DNA of 32,000 nt. Origin: Methanosphaera stadtmanae DSM 3091 (GTDB taxonomy: Archaea; Methanobacteriota; Methanobacteria; Methanobacteriales; Methanobacteriaceae). Shown in pieces: positions 9,519-20,200 of the stretch. Within the stretch, counting starts at the first letter, position 1; each line of letters starts with the position of its first letter. The stretch lies in NCBI RefSeq assembly GCF_000012545.1, contig NC_007681.1, forward strand, positions 1,350,001 to 1,382,000, in the 5' to 3' direction. The notes beneath the pieces were generated by a model. That model saw nothing but the letters and a program-made list of their open reading frames with translations, did not search any database and had not been told where the DNA came from. Both the position numbers and the translations under genes were made by a program.

Positions 9519-10298
9519 TTAAATATTTTGTAAAATTGCTTCAACCATGTCTTTAACAGTATATCTACTAGGTTCAATAGTACAAATACCATATTCTGAT
9601 AATGATTTAGCAGTGATTGGACCAATTGATGCTACAACAACCCTACTTTTCAATGCCAATATAAGTTCATCTAATCTACTAGGTTGACTATTTTTATATA
9701 CTTCCATAAGATTTTTTACTGTTAGAGGACTTGTAAATGTTATAATATCTACAAGACCATCTATTATATCATTACATAATTCAATAATCTTAGTTGTATC
9801 ATGAGGAATACCTGATGTGTATGCTTCTGCAATTAATACAGATGCACCATAATCTTCTAAACCTTTAGGTAAAACTTCACGAGCACTTAAAGTTCTTGGA
9901 AGTGCTACATTCTTATTTTTTAAATTTATTGATTTGAATGATTCTAATAATCCTTCAGCAGTGAAATCTTTTGGTATTAAATCTGGCTTAAATCCATATT
10001 TTAACAATTCTTCTTCTGTTTTAACACCAATTACTGCTATTTTAGAAGGAATAATATCTAACTTACATAGTTTAAAAAAGGATTTAACACCAGCAGGTGA
10101 TGTAAATACAATCCAATCAAAAGTCTCAATATTTTCTATGATATATACCAATTCCTTAGATTCTACCAATTGTAATTCAAGTGTAGGTACTATTATTGGT
10201 TTTCCACCTTTTTTAAGAATCATATCAGATAATGTTTGAGATCTTTCAATAGGACGTGTAATTACAACATTTTTATTGTTAAAATTATTACCAGACAT
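9519..10298 (-). CDS. hemD: Uroporphyrinogen-III synthase
   Basis: 259 aa with the N-terminal VVITRP...PIIVPTLEL pattern and the two-lobe HemD layout. Its ATG overlaps the cobA stop by 1 nt (TAATG at 10300..10296 on the minus strand). Confidence 0.8.
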   Translation of the reverse strand: MSGNNFNNKNVVITRPIERSQTLSDMILKKGGKPIIVPTLELQLVESKELVYIIENIETFDWIVFTSPAGVKSFFKLCKLDIIPSKIAVIGVKTEEELLKYGFKPDLIPKDFTAEGLLESFKSINLKNKNVALPRTLSAREVLPKGLEDYGASVLIAEAYTSGIPHDTTKIIELCNDIIDGLVDIITFTSPLTVKNLMEVYKNSQPSRLDELILALKSRVVVASIGPITAKSLSEYGICTIEPSRYTVKDMVEAILQNI

Positions 10299-11023
10299 TA
10301 TTCAAGTTTACTCCTTAATTCTTCACATTTATTATAGATATTTACAACATCCCCAATAATTATTAATGCAGGAGGTCGAATATCTTTTTCCGATATATCG
10401 GCCAATGTTCCAGTAACTATTCTTTGATCAGGTAGAGTACCTTTTTCTATTGCACAAACTGGCGTGTCTGGAGATCTATATTTAAGTATTTTTGGAATGT
10501 ATTTTTTAAGTAATCCAACACCCATAAATACTACTATAGTATCTGCAGTATAATCCCAATTTACTTGTTTTTCACTTTTTTCAGGATCTTCATGACCTGT
10601 TACTAATGTAAGACTTGTTGCAACAGCCCTATGAGTTAATGGTAAACCTATAGATGTAGCTGCGCCTATACCTGAATTTATTCCTGGAACAAATTCTACA
10701 TTAATCCCTTCTTCAAGTAATGCAAGTTCTTCTTCACCACCACGTCCAAATATAAATGGATCTCCACCTTTTAAACGTACAACAGTTTCATGTTTTTTTC
10801 CTTGATCAATCAATAATTGATTAATTTCTGGTTGTTTTCTATAATGTTCTCCAGCTCTTTTTCCAACATATATTAATTCAACATCGTCTGGAGCATAACT
10901 TAGTAATTCATCATTAGCTAAGCTATCATATAATATAACATCTGCTTTTTTTAATAGTTTTATTGCTTTAAGTGTTATTAGATCAGGATCTCCTGGACCT
11001 GCTCCTAACATATATACTGTCAT
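10298..11023 (-). CDS. cobA: Uroporphyrin-III C-methyltransferase (SUMT; precorrin-2 synthesis)
   Basis: [36 protein letters not shown] and VPGINSG are the class-III tetrapyrrole methylase motifs. The ORF track begins at GTG 11032. That GTG lies inside the GGAGTGAT SD, so ATG 11023 (8-nt spacer) is the more likely start. Confidence 0.88.
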   Translation of the reverse strand: MTVYMLGAGPGDPDLITLKAIKLLKKADVILYDSLANDELLSYAPDDVELIYVGKRAGEHYRKQPEINQLLIDQGKKHETVVRLKGGDPFIFGRGGEEELALLEEGINVEFVPGINSGIGAATSIGLPLTHRAVATSLTLVTGHEDPEKSEKQVNWDYTADTIVVFMGVGLLKKYIPKILKYRSPDTPVCAIEKGTLPDQRIVTGTLADISEKDIRPPALIIIGDVVNIYNKCEELRSKLE

Positions 11024-11153
11024 TAAAATCACTCCAATGTTTTAATTTTTATTCTATAGTAGTATTATTTATACAAATACTACAATATTAAAATATTCAT
11101 TATAAAAAAAAGTGAATTTATTTTAAAAAAAAATATAAAAAAAATAGAATTAA

Positions 11154-11819
11154 TTAGTCAAGAAAACTTTTAAAGAATTTTAATCCATCTTCTGAACGTA
11201 ATAATTTTTCAACAGCCCTTTCAGGATGAGGCATTACAGCAACAACATTACCATCAACATTACATACTCCAGTTATATTATCAAGAGAACCATTAGGATT
11301 ACCATCTTCAAATGTTAAAACTATCTGATTGTTATCATATAATGTTTCAAGATTATCTGTATAATATCTACCTTCCTTATGTGCTATTGGTAAATCAATA
11401 ACTTCATTTTTCTTATATAACTTTGTAAATGGTGTTCTTGTAGTATTTACTTTAAGTTTTTTACTTTTACATATGAATTTTGCATTCTCATTTTCAATAA
11501 AAACTCCTGGAACTAAATCAATTTCACCAAGAATCTGTGCACCATTACATATTCCAAGAACAGGATTTTCTTTTTTAGCAAAATCTTTTATTGCATCAAT
11601 AATTGGAGTAATACCTGCAATGGAACCTGCACGTAAATAATCCCCATATGAAAATCCACCAGGTATTATTACAACATCCATCTGTGATAAGTCAGTTTCA
11701 TTCCAATATATGTAATGTGAATTAGCACCTACTAAATTAACTGCATATTCTATATCTCTATCACAGTTTGTTCCTGGAAATCTAATTATACCAACATTAA
11801 CATCAGCTACATCTGTCAC
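11154..11819 (-). CDS. purQ: Phosphoribosylformylglycinamidine synthase, glutaminase subunit
   Basis: 221 aa. FPGTNCDRD, the nucleophile elbow GICNGAQIL and the C-terminal MPHPER form the class-I amidotransferase triad of PurQ. The start is GTG, with a GAGGA SD embedded in the last codons of purS. Confidence 0.9.
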   Translation of the reverse strand: MTDVADVNVGIIRFPGTNCDRDIEYAVNLVGANSHYIYWNETDLSQMDVVIIPGGFSYGDYLRAGSIAGITPIIDAIKDFAKKENPVLGICNGAQILGEIDLVPGVFIENENAKFICKSKKLKVNTTRTPFTKLYKKNEVIDLPIAHKEGRYYTDNLETLYDNNQIVLTFEDGNPNGSLDNITGVCNVDGNVVAVMPHPERAVEKLLRSEDGLKFFKSFLD

Positions 11820-11821
11820 TA

Positions 11822-12070
11822 TTATTCCTCACTAATAGTTATTTCATAATCATGTATCACTGGATTACATAATAATTTTTGACACATTTGATCAACTTGT
11901 TCTGAAGCAACTTCCTTATTTTCAGCATCAATTGTAAATTTAATAATATTAAGTGTTTGTGTATTTTTAACTTCATAATCTAATAAAGCTAATGCTTTTT
12001 CAATAGTTGATGCTTCTGGACTTAGCATACCTTTTTTTAAACTTATTTTTACTTCCACATCAAAATTCAT
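11822..12070 (-). CDS. purS: Phosphoribosylformylglycinamidine synthase subunit PurS
   Basis: 82 aa. [16 protein letters not shown] and [12 protein letters not shown] fit PurS. The gene lies between purC and purQ in the classic order. Confidence 0.85.
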   Translation of the reverse strand: MNFDVEVKISLKKGMLSPEASTIEKALALLDYEVKNTQTLNIIKFTIDAENKEVASEQVDQMCQKLLCNPVIHDYEITISEE

Positions 12071-12115
12071 ATTATAATTTCTCCTTGACTATTTATTTTT
12101 TTATATTATGAAAAA

Positions 12116-12871
12116 TTAATCTTCAAATTTTTCTACGTTCCATTTTTCTTTTTCTTCAGTTGTTAATACTAAATCAACTACTTTATGATAAGCATCAACT
12201 ACTCCTTCTTCACCTTTTCTAAAGATATCTTTATCGAAGTTGTCTAATGTTTCACTATCCCATAATCTAGTTGTATCTGGACTTATTTCATCACCCAATA
12301 CTATGTTTCCCTCAGTATCTAATCCGAATTCAATTTTAAAGTCTACAAGAATTAATCCTTTTTCTTTTAAGAACTTAGATAATACTTTGTTAATAACATG
12401 TGTTATTTCACGTATTTTATCTAATTGTTCCTGTGAAGCTATTTTTAAAGCAGTGATAATACTATCATTTAACATTGGATCATGATATACATCATTTTTA
12501 TAGTCAAATTGAATAATTGGAGGATTTAATTCTTGATTTCTATGAAATGGATATTTTCTAAGAAGACTACCTGTAGCAATATTACGACAGATTACTTCTA
12601 GAGGAATCATATCTAGGGATTTTGTTAACATTTCATTTGGTTCTACTAATCTTATAAATTGGGTTTTTATTCCACGTTCTTCTAATATTTGGAATAGTTT
12701 AGCAGATATCAATGCATTATATTCCCCTTTTTTTGATAAGGTATCTTTTCTACCACCATCAAGAGCAGTGATATCATCCCTAAACTTAATTATTACTTCA
12801 TTTTCATTTTCAGTTTTATAAACATCTTTTGCTTTACCAGTATAAAGTAATTCTTTTGTTATTTCACTCAT
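12116..12871 (-). CDS. purC: Phosphoribosylaminoimidazole-succinocarboxamide (SAICAR) synthase
   Basis: [22 protein letters not shown] and LVDFKIEFG are PurC motifs. The ORF track starts at GTG 12883. ATG 12871 ([15 protein letters not shown]) gives a typical PurC N-terminus, so either start is possible. Confidence 0.9.
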   Translation of the reverse strand: MSEITKELLYTGKAKDVYKTENENEVIIKFRDDITALDGGRKDTLSKKGEYNALISAKLFQILEERGIKTQFIRLVEPNEMLTKSLDMIPLEVICRNIATGSLLRKYPFHRNQELNPPIIQFDYKNDVYHDPMLNDSIITALKIASQEQLDKIREITHVINKVLSKFLKEKGLILVDFKIEFGLDTEGNIVLGDEISPDTTRLWDSETLDNFDKDIFRKGEEGVVDAYHKVVDLVLTTEEKEKWNVEKFED

Positions 12872-13077
12872 ATTTAATTCCACAATAATCTTATTTCAAA
12901 AGAATAATTCTATTAAATAATATTCTTTTTCTAAAATATAATAATATAATATATGTATAATGTTTATAATAAGTATTATAATATATGAATTAAATAAATT
13001 ATATTATAATAATTTAATATAAATTAGTTTAATAACTTAATAAGTTAATGAAATAATAAGTTCCAGGTGATTAAATA

Positions 13078-14850
13078 ATGTGTGGAATAGTTGGATGTGT
13101 TTTAGATAAAAAAGCTGCTCCTATTATTATTGATTCAATTAAAAAACTTGAATATAGAGGATATGATTCTGTAGGAATTGCTACAGTAACTGATTCAATA
13201 AATGTTAAAAAAGGCAGTGGAAAAATTAAAGAAGTTGATGATGAAATCAAACTTAAGGATATTGATGGAAACATAGGTATTGCTCATGTCAGATGGGCTA
13301 CACATGGAAATCCTACAAAAGAAAATGCACATCCACACTGTGATTGTAAAAATAAGATAAGTATTGTACATAATGGTATAATTGAAAACTACAAAGAATT
13401 ACGTCAAGAACTACTTAATGAAGGACATGTATTTAAATCAGAAACAGATACTGAAGTTATACCTCATTTAATTGAAAAATATATGGATGAAGGTCTAGAC
13501 TTATTAAAATCAGTACAAAAAACTGTTAAAAGATTAATAGGATCTTATGCTTTAGCAGTACTTTCATCAGATGAACCTGATAGAATTATTGGAGCAAGAA
13601 ATGAAAGTCCTTTGATTGTAGGAGTATCAGATCATGGAAACTACCTTGCATCTGATGTTCCTGCTATTTTAAATGAAACTAAGAAAGTAATTTATCTTGA
13701 AGATAAAGAAATTATTGTTCTTAAAAAAGATGATGTTACAATAATGGATCTTGACTTAAATGTTCTTGAAAAGAAAATCACCACCATAACATGGGATCCT
13801 GAAATGGCAGAAAAAGGTGGATATGAACACTTTATGATAAAAGAAATATATGAAGAACCACAAGTAATTAAGGACACATTATCTGAAGCAGAAAAGATAA
13901 AGGAAATCGTTAGTAAATTCAAGAATTTCAATAGAATCTGCTTTGTTGCATGTGGAACATCGTATCATGCTTCACTTATTGGAGAATATCTTATTGAATC
14001 CCAGATAGGAATTCCAACAGAAGTAATACTTGCTTCAGAATTTGAATACTTCCAAAAAACATTAGATAAACACACATTAGTAATATTCATAACACAATCA
14101 GGAGAAACTGCAGACACAATAAAAGCTCTGAAAATAGCTAAAAAGAAATCAGAGACTTTAGCTATTGTTAATGTAGTTGGAAGTTCCATTACACGTGAAG
14201 CAGATCATGTTATATATACAAGAGCAGGACCTGAAATTAGTGTAGCTGCTACTAAAACATACATTAGTCAATTAATATGTATTTACTTACTTGTAGCATA
14301 TCTTGGTGAAAATGAAAAACTACTTGATAATTTATATAAAATATCAAGATTATCTGAGAAAATACTAAGTAGAGAAGAACAAATAAGAGAAATTGCTAAG
14401 AAATATAAGTTTGCACGCGACTTCTTCTATATTGGAAGAGGATTTAACTATCCCACAGCACTTGAAGGAGCATTAAAACTTAAAGAAATAACATATATTC
14501 ATGGTGAAGGTTATCCTGCAGGTGAATTAAAACATGGCCCACTTGCATTAATAGAAGATAATATACCAGTAGTTGGAATATTACCTCCTGGACCTAGCTA
14601 TAGAAAAACATACAATAATTTACAGGAAATTAAAGCTAGAGGAGCAGATATGATCATATTAGGTGCTAATAATGACACTCATCTTGATGATATTGAGGAT
14701 AAATTATTATTTGATCCTGAAATTGATGAAGTATTATCACCATTATTATATATCATTGACTTGCAACTATTAGCATATTATATTAGTATTGAAAAGGGTA
14801 TAGATCCTGATAAACCAAAAAATCTAGCTAAATCTGTAACAGTAGAATAA
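13078..14850 (+). CDS. glmS: Glutamine--fructose-6-phosphate aminotransferase (isomerising)
   Basis: 590 aa with the N-terminal MCGIVG (Ntn Cys1), two SIS domains ([21 protein letters not shown]) and the C-terminal [12 protein letters not shown]. An AGGTGA SD lies at 13065-13070. Confidence 0.95.
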   Translation: MCGIVGCVLDKKAAPIIIDSIKKLEYRGYDSVGIATVTDSINVKKGSGKIKEVDDEIKLKDIDGNIGIAHVRWATHGNPTKENAHPHCDCKNKISIVHNGIIENYKELRQELLNEGHVFKSETDTEVIPHLIEKYMDEGLDLLKSVQKTVKRLIGSYALAVLSSDEPDRIIGARNESPLIVGVSDHGNYLASDVPAILNETKKVIYLEDKEIIVLKKDDVTIMDLDLNVLEKKITTITWDPEMAEKGGYEHFMIKEIYEEPQVIKDTLSEAEKIKEIVSKFKNFNRICFVACGTSYHASLIGEYLIESQIGIPTEVILASEFEYFQKTLDKHTLVIFITQSGETADTIKALKIAKKKSETLAIVNVVGSSITREADHVIYTRAGPEISVAATKTYISQLICIYLLVAYLGENEKLLDNLYKISRLSEKILSREEQIREIAKKYKFARDFFYIGRGFNYPTALEGALKLKEITYIHGEGYPAGELKHGPLALIEDNIPVVGILPPGPSYRKTYNNLQEIKARGADMIILGANNDTHLDDIEDKLLFDPEIDEVLSPLLYIIDLQLLAYYISIEKGIDPDKPKNLAKSVTVE

Positions 14851-14880
14851 AAAAAATAATTACTATGAGAAGGTGATTCT

Positions 14881-15378
14881 GTGAATGACACTACAAAAGG
14901 TGAACTTGTTATAGTATTACTCATATCTCTTCTTGCAATAGGTTGTGGAACAGCTTGTGGAATTAATAATGTTGTTGAGAACATATGTGGTAATATTATA
15001 CCATCATCTTTAACTGAAACAGAAGACATAATAGATGAAATAGAAAATAATAATGTATCATTACAAGTATCTAATGAATCAGTCAATAACATAGACTATG
15101 TTGGTAATGAAATTCATAAAGATAAATCTAAAATAAATGATAATAAAACTAGTACTGTTGATAATAATACTAATAATAAAAATGTAGATAAAAACAATAC
15201 AAATACTCCCAATACAAACAACACAAAATCTATTGATACATCATCAAATAACAATCAAAGTATAAACAATACACATGAAGAAAATATTCCTAAACCACTA
15301 AAAACACTTAAAAAAACTGGAGAGAAATATTTTACTAATAACTCTAACTTAGTAACTAAAATCGAAGAATTAGTATAG
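14881..15378 (+). CDS. Asn-rich exported protein with lipobox-like signal sequence
   Basis: GTG start 4 nt after an AGGTGA SD (14871-14876). The N-terminal hydrophobic segment LVIVLLISLLAIGCGTACG ends in an A-I-G-C lipobox-like motif. The C-terminal two thirds are Asn/Thr-rich low complexity with many N-x-S/T sequons. Confidence 0.6.
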   Translation: MNDTTKGELVIVLLISLLAIGCGTACGINNVVENICGNIIPSSLTETEDIIDEIENNNVSLQVSNESVNNIDYVGNEIHKDKSKINDNKTSTVDNNTNNKNVDKNNTNTPNTNNTKSIDTSSNNNQSINNTHEENIPKPLKTLKKTGEKYFTNNSNLVTKIEELV

Positions 15379-15480
15379 TAATACTAATACTCCTCACCCT
15401 CTTTTATTAATCTATAATAAAAAAAAAACTTTTTCTGTTAATAAAAAAAATACAATTATCTAAAAAAAGGAAACAATAAT

Positions 15481-15966
15481 ATGTATACAACTAAAATAGA
15501 ACCTAGAATCGGTGAAACAGACGGACTTAGACATATAAACAACACAGTTCTACCAATATGGTTTGAAAGAGCACGAAACAAAATATTTAAAATATTTGTT
15601 CCTAACTTTGAATTAACATATAAAAAATGGAATCTTATAATGGTACATTCTGAATTTAATTATTTAAAACAAATATATTATGGATATGATGTAGAAGTTA
15701 GAACTTATATTAGTAAGATTGGAAAAACATCATTCACCATTTTCCAAGAAGCTTGGCAAAATGGACAATTAAGAGCTAATGGTAAGTGTGTTTTAGTTTA
15801 TTTTAATTTTATTAAAGAAGAAAGTGTAGTTATTCCCAAAGATATTCGTGAAAAACTAAAAGAACATTACATTACAGAAGAAGAGCTTGAAAAAAATAAT
15901 AAAAATGAAATAAAAGAAAATATAAATAAAGTTGAGGAATTAGATTACTTTAACTTAGATAAATAA
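15481..15966 (+). CDS. Hotdog-fold acyl-CoA thioesterase (4HBT/YbgC-like)
   Basis: 161 aa. The N-terminal segment IEPRIGETDGLRHINNTVLPIWFERAR matches the 4HBT pattern (xETDxxGHVNNxxY). A ~35-aa acidic/Lys-rich C-terminal tail follows. Confidence 0.7.
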   Translation: MYTTKIEPRIGETDGLRHINNTVLPIWFERARNKIFKIFVPNFELTYKKWNLIMVHSEFNYLKQIYYGYDVEVRTYISKIGKTSFTIFQEAWQNGQLRANGKCVLVYFNFIKEESVVIPKDIREKLKEHYITEEELEKNNKNEIKENINKVEELDYFNLDK

Positions 15967-15983
15967 ATCTAAGTATTCTTTTT

Positions 15984-17126
15984 TTACATTTGATTTCCCA
16001 TAATAAAGTTAACAATATCCTCTGATGATGATCTGTTAACGATTGATAAGTATGGATCCTCTGATTTTTGGCGTATAACTAATATGTCCGAGATATTACC
16101 TTCCTGAATACTAATATCCTTTCCCAATATTTTAAATCCATTTATTGTTGCCATCTTTAAAACATCATGTGCAGTTATCTTATTTTTATATGAACCTCTT
16201 ACTGCTTTTAAAGTATATTCCATTTCTCTAAACATATCTGGTTTATTGAACATTACATTATCTGTACCTAATGCAACATCAATTTGTTCTTCAACATATG
16301 CAGATACTGGAGGTACTCCTACAGATAACATTCCATTGGAACGTGGACATGCAATGATACATGGACTTGTTGAGCTAAGTAACGTAAGATCTTGCATTAT
16401 TGGATATGTTACATGTACTAGATTTGTAAATCCTGCTCTTAAAGCACGTTCTACCTCTGTTTGATTTGTCATTTGAACAGATTGCTCTTGTAAATCATAG
16501 TATTCTGCTACATGAATCATGGCTAGTTTACCCTCTTGATTACATACTTCTGCTATCTGTAGCATTATTTCAGAATCAACATCCTCCACACCACTTAATC
16601 CTATCCCATCACAGTGTTGTAGTAACTCACGAGTAATTAATCTTGCTTCATTTGGTGTTGTTGTAGAATCATAGTATTTATCACTTCTTCCCAATATACA
16701 TGCATTTATTGGAAGATCATATATTGCTTTTTTTAGAAGTTCTATACCCTTTATTCCACCTTCTCTAAAGTCTATAAATGTTGATATTCCAGAGTATAAC
16801 ATTTCTTTTGCTGTTTCATGCATTGATTCTACTATTTGGGAGTCACTTGCTTCATTTAATTTTTGATGTTTTAGTCCATTTGGTGGTTCTACTAGTTGCT
16901 TTATAGATAATCCATCACCCACATCCTTTACTATAGAGTCACCTATATGAATATGTGCATTTATAAAGGCAGGACATACTATACAATTTGTAGCATCAAT
17001 TATTTCGCCCTCTTCATAGTAAGAGGATAGTTTAATTATACGTCCTTCATCATTTATTACAACATTTGTTTTTACAGCATCTAAATTAAAACCTGTAAGT
17101 ACCAATCCATTTTTAATAGTTATCAT
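15984..17126 (-). CDS. Metal-dependent amidohydrolase (chlorohydrolase/aminohydrolase superfamily), substrate unknown
   Basis: 380 aa with the HxH motif in PAFINAHIHIGDS, then MIHVAE, and ALGTDN near the C-terminus, the usual amidohydrolase metal ligands. Confidence 0.75.
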   Translation of the reverse strand: MITIKNGLVLTGFNLDAVKTNVVINDEGRIIKLSSYYEEGEIIDATNCIVCPAFINAHIHIGDSIVKDVGDGLSIKQLVEPPNGLKHQKLNEASDSQIVESMHETAKEMLYSGISTFIDFREGGIKGIELLKKAIYDLPINACILGRSDKYYDSTTTPNEARLITRELLQHCDGIGLSGVEDVDSEIMLQIAEVCNQEGKLAMIHVAEYYDLQEQSVQMTNQTEVERALRAGFTNLVHVTYPIMQDLTLLSSTSPCIIACPRSNGMLSVGVPPVSAYVEEQIDVALGTDNVMFNKPDMFREMEYTLKAVRGSYKNKITAHDVLKMATINGFKILGKDISIQEGNISDILVIRQKSEDPYLSIVNRSSSEDIVNFIMGNQM

Positions 17127-17214
17127 AAAAAATCATTCCTAAAAAAAAATCATATTATTGTATCAAAAAAAAATTAATTTAAAAAAAGATGGAGAAAAAA
17201 AGTTATGAATATAG

Positions 17215-20200
17215 TTATAATTCACCATATTCATTTAATGATTTTACATCAATTTCTCCACATCTTACTTCTTCTATAGCTTTAAGAACTGCATTAGCAC
17301 CAGCTATTGTAGTTACATATGGAATTCCTAATTCAATAGCAAGTCTTCTGATTATATATCCATCATCAGCAGATTGTTTTCCAGAAGGTGTGTTAATTAC
17401 AAATGCTACTTCCCCATTTAACATAGCATCCCTAATATTTGGTGAACCTTGACTTACTTTACGTATTATATCAATATCCACACCAGGTGCAGCTTTAGCT
17501 GTTCCTTTAGTTGCTATTAAATCAAAACCTAATTCTTTAGCTTTCTGTGCTATTGGTGCTATTTTAGGTTTATCTAGATCACGTACACTTAAGAATATTT
17601 TTCCTTCTGTAGGTAATTTCATATTAGCTGCTAATTGTGCTTTATAATAAGCTAATCCAAAGTTTTTATCAATACCCATACTTTCTCCTGTAGATTTCAT
17701 TTCAGGACCAAGTACTGAATCAGCATCAGGTATTTTAAGGAATGGGAATACAGATTCTTTTACAGACACGTGTTTAATATCAGAATAATTTACTAAATTA
17801 AAGTCTTTAATTTTAGAGCCTAACATTATTTTAGAAGCTATTTTAGCAATAGGTATTCCTATAGCTTTACTTACAAATGGAACTGTACGACTTGCCCTTG
17901 GATTTGCTTCAATAATATATAATTTTGGTTCTGGATCCATTTTTATAGCATATTGAATATTTATTAATCCAACAACTCCAAGTTTTAGAGCAAGTTTTGT
18001 AGTGTACTCTTCTACTTGTTTAATAATTTCAGGTGGTACAGTCTGAGGTGGTATTACACATGCAGAGTCTCCTGAGTGAATACCTGCTTCTTCAATATGT
18101 TCCATTATTCCACAAACATAAACTTCTTCACCATCACAAAGTGCATCAACATCCAATTCTATTGAATCTTCTAGGAATTTATCTACAAGTATAGGATGTT
18201 CTTTAGAAACTTTAACTGCTTCTTTCATATAATCTTCAAGTTCATCATCATCATATACTATTTCCATTGCACGTCCACCAAGAACATATGATGGTCTTAC
18301 AAGTACTGGAAATCCTATTGAATGTGCTGCTTTACGTGCATCTTCAAGGGAATTTGTTATACCATAATCTGCTTGAGGTATATTTAATTCATTAAGTACT
18401 TCTGTAAATTGTTCCCTATCTTCAACCATATCAATACTTTCAAATGGAGTACCTAATATTTTTATTCCTGCATCACGAATATCTTTTGCAAGATTAATTG
18501 ATGTTTGACCACCAAATTGTACAATAACACCATCAGGATTTTCTTGTTTTAATACTTCCAATACATCTTCTTTAGTTAATGGTTCGAAGTATAATCTATC
18601 AGAAATATCATAATCAGTACTTACAGTTTCCGGATTGTTATTTATGAGTATTGTTTCTACATCTTCATCTTTTAGTGCAAGTGCTGCATGTACACAACAA
18701 TAATCAAATTCTATTCCTTGACCAATCCTAATAGGTCCTGCACCCAATACTGCAATTTTTTTCTTATTATCAGATATTTCATCAGGTAGAGAATCATATG
18801 TACCATAATAATATGGTGTTTTTGCCTCAAATTCTGCTGCACAAGTATCCACCATTTTATATTCAGGTTTTAAACCTAATTCTTCTCTTGCTTTAAAGAC
18901 ATCTTCTTCTTTAAGATTTAATAATTGAGCTATTCTTTTATCTGAGAAACCATATTGTTTTATTTCTTTAAATAACTCCACATCATATAAAACACTACTG
19001 CCTTGTTGTTGTATTTTATTTTCAAGCTCTACAATATTTTTAATTTTATATAAGAAGAATGGATTTATTTTTGTTATTTCTGAGATTTCTTCAACAGAAC
19101 GTCCATCTTTAAGTGCTGAATATACTTGGAATATTCTTTGATCAGTTGCATGTTCTAAATCATAATCTGTATAATCAGTGTATTCAAATGCTTCTTGATC
19201 AATATCTAATGAACGAATAGCTTTCTGAAGAGCTTCCTCAATAGTTCTTCCTATTGCCATTACTTCACCTGTTGATTGCATTTGAACTCCTAATTCACCA
19301 GTATTACCTTTAAATTTATCAAATGGCCATCTTGGTATTTTAGCAATCACATAATCTACTGCTGGTTCGAATGATGCAGGTGTTTCCTTTGTAATATCGT
19401 TTGAAATTTCATCCAATGTCATTCCTAATGCTATTTTAGAAGAAACCTTTGCAATGGAATATCCTGTTGCTTTTGATGCTAAAGCACTACTTCTACTTAC
19501 TCTTGGATTTACTTCAATTACTTTATATTCTTTTGTTTCAGGATGTACTGCAAATTGAATATTACATCCACCACGTATACCCAATGCTCTAATGATTTTT
19601 ATAGATGCATTACGTAGTCTTTGATTATCTTCATCAGATAATGTTTGTGTTGGTGCTACTACAATACTCTCACCAGTATGTATTCCCATTGGATCTATAT
19701 TTTCCATGTTACATACTATGATACAAGAATCATTTTTATCTCTCATTACTTCATATTCAAATTCTGCCCATCCAAGTACTGATTCATCAATTAATACTTG
19801 GTTAATGAAACTCATATCTAAACCATGATTTACAATTTCCTCAAATTCTTTCTTATTATTTGCTATTCCTCCACCAGTTCCACCTAATGTAAATGCTGGT
19901 CTTACAATTACAGGATAGCCTATATCTTCTACAGCTTCAAATGCTTCTTCTAATGAATTTACTGCATGACATTTTGGAATTGGTTCATTAAGCCTTTCCA
20001 TAAATTCTGCAAATAAGTCACGATCTTCTACATCATTAATAGTTTTAATTGGTGAACCTAGTACTCTAATACCATCAAGAGCACCCATTTTATTCAAATC
20101 AATTGCTATATTTAAACCAGTTTGTCCACCCATTGTTGGTAATATTGCATCGACCTGTTCTTTTTCAATAATCTTTGCTACAACTTCAGCTGTTAAAGGT

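Noticed and set aside
15390-15401. CTCCTCACCCTC in the spacer after the Asn-rich gene reads as a strong SD (GAGGGTGAGGAG) on the minus strand.
   Set aside because: No ATG, GTG or TTG start followed by an ORF lies within 15 nt downstream on the minus strand. It more likely belongs to the 3' end or terminator context of the plus-strand gene.
17189-17452. An 87-aa plus-strand ORF begins in the carB/amidohydrolase spacer and runs into the 3' end of carB.
   Set aside because: It overlaps the conserved C-terminal domain of CarB in antisense. The apparent GGAG upstream is part of an A-rich terminator region, and the product has no recognisable features.
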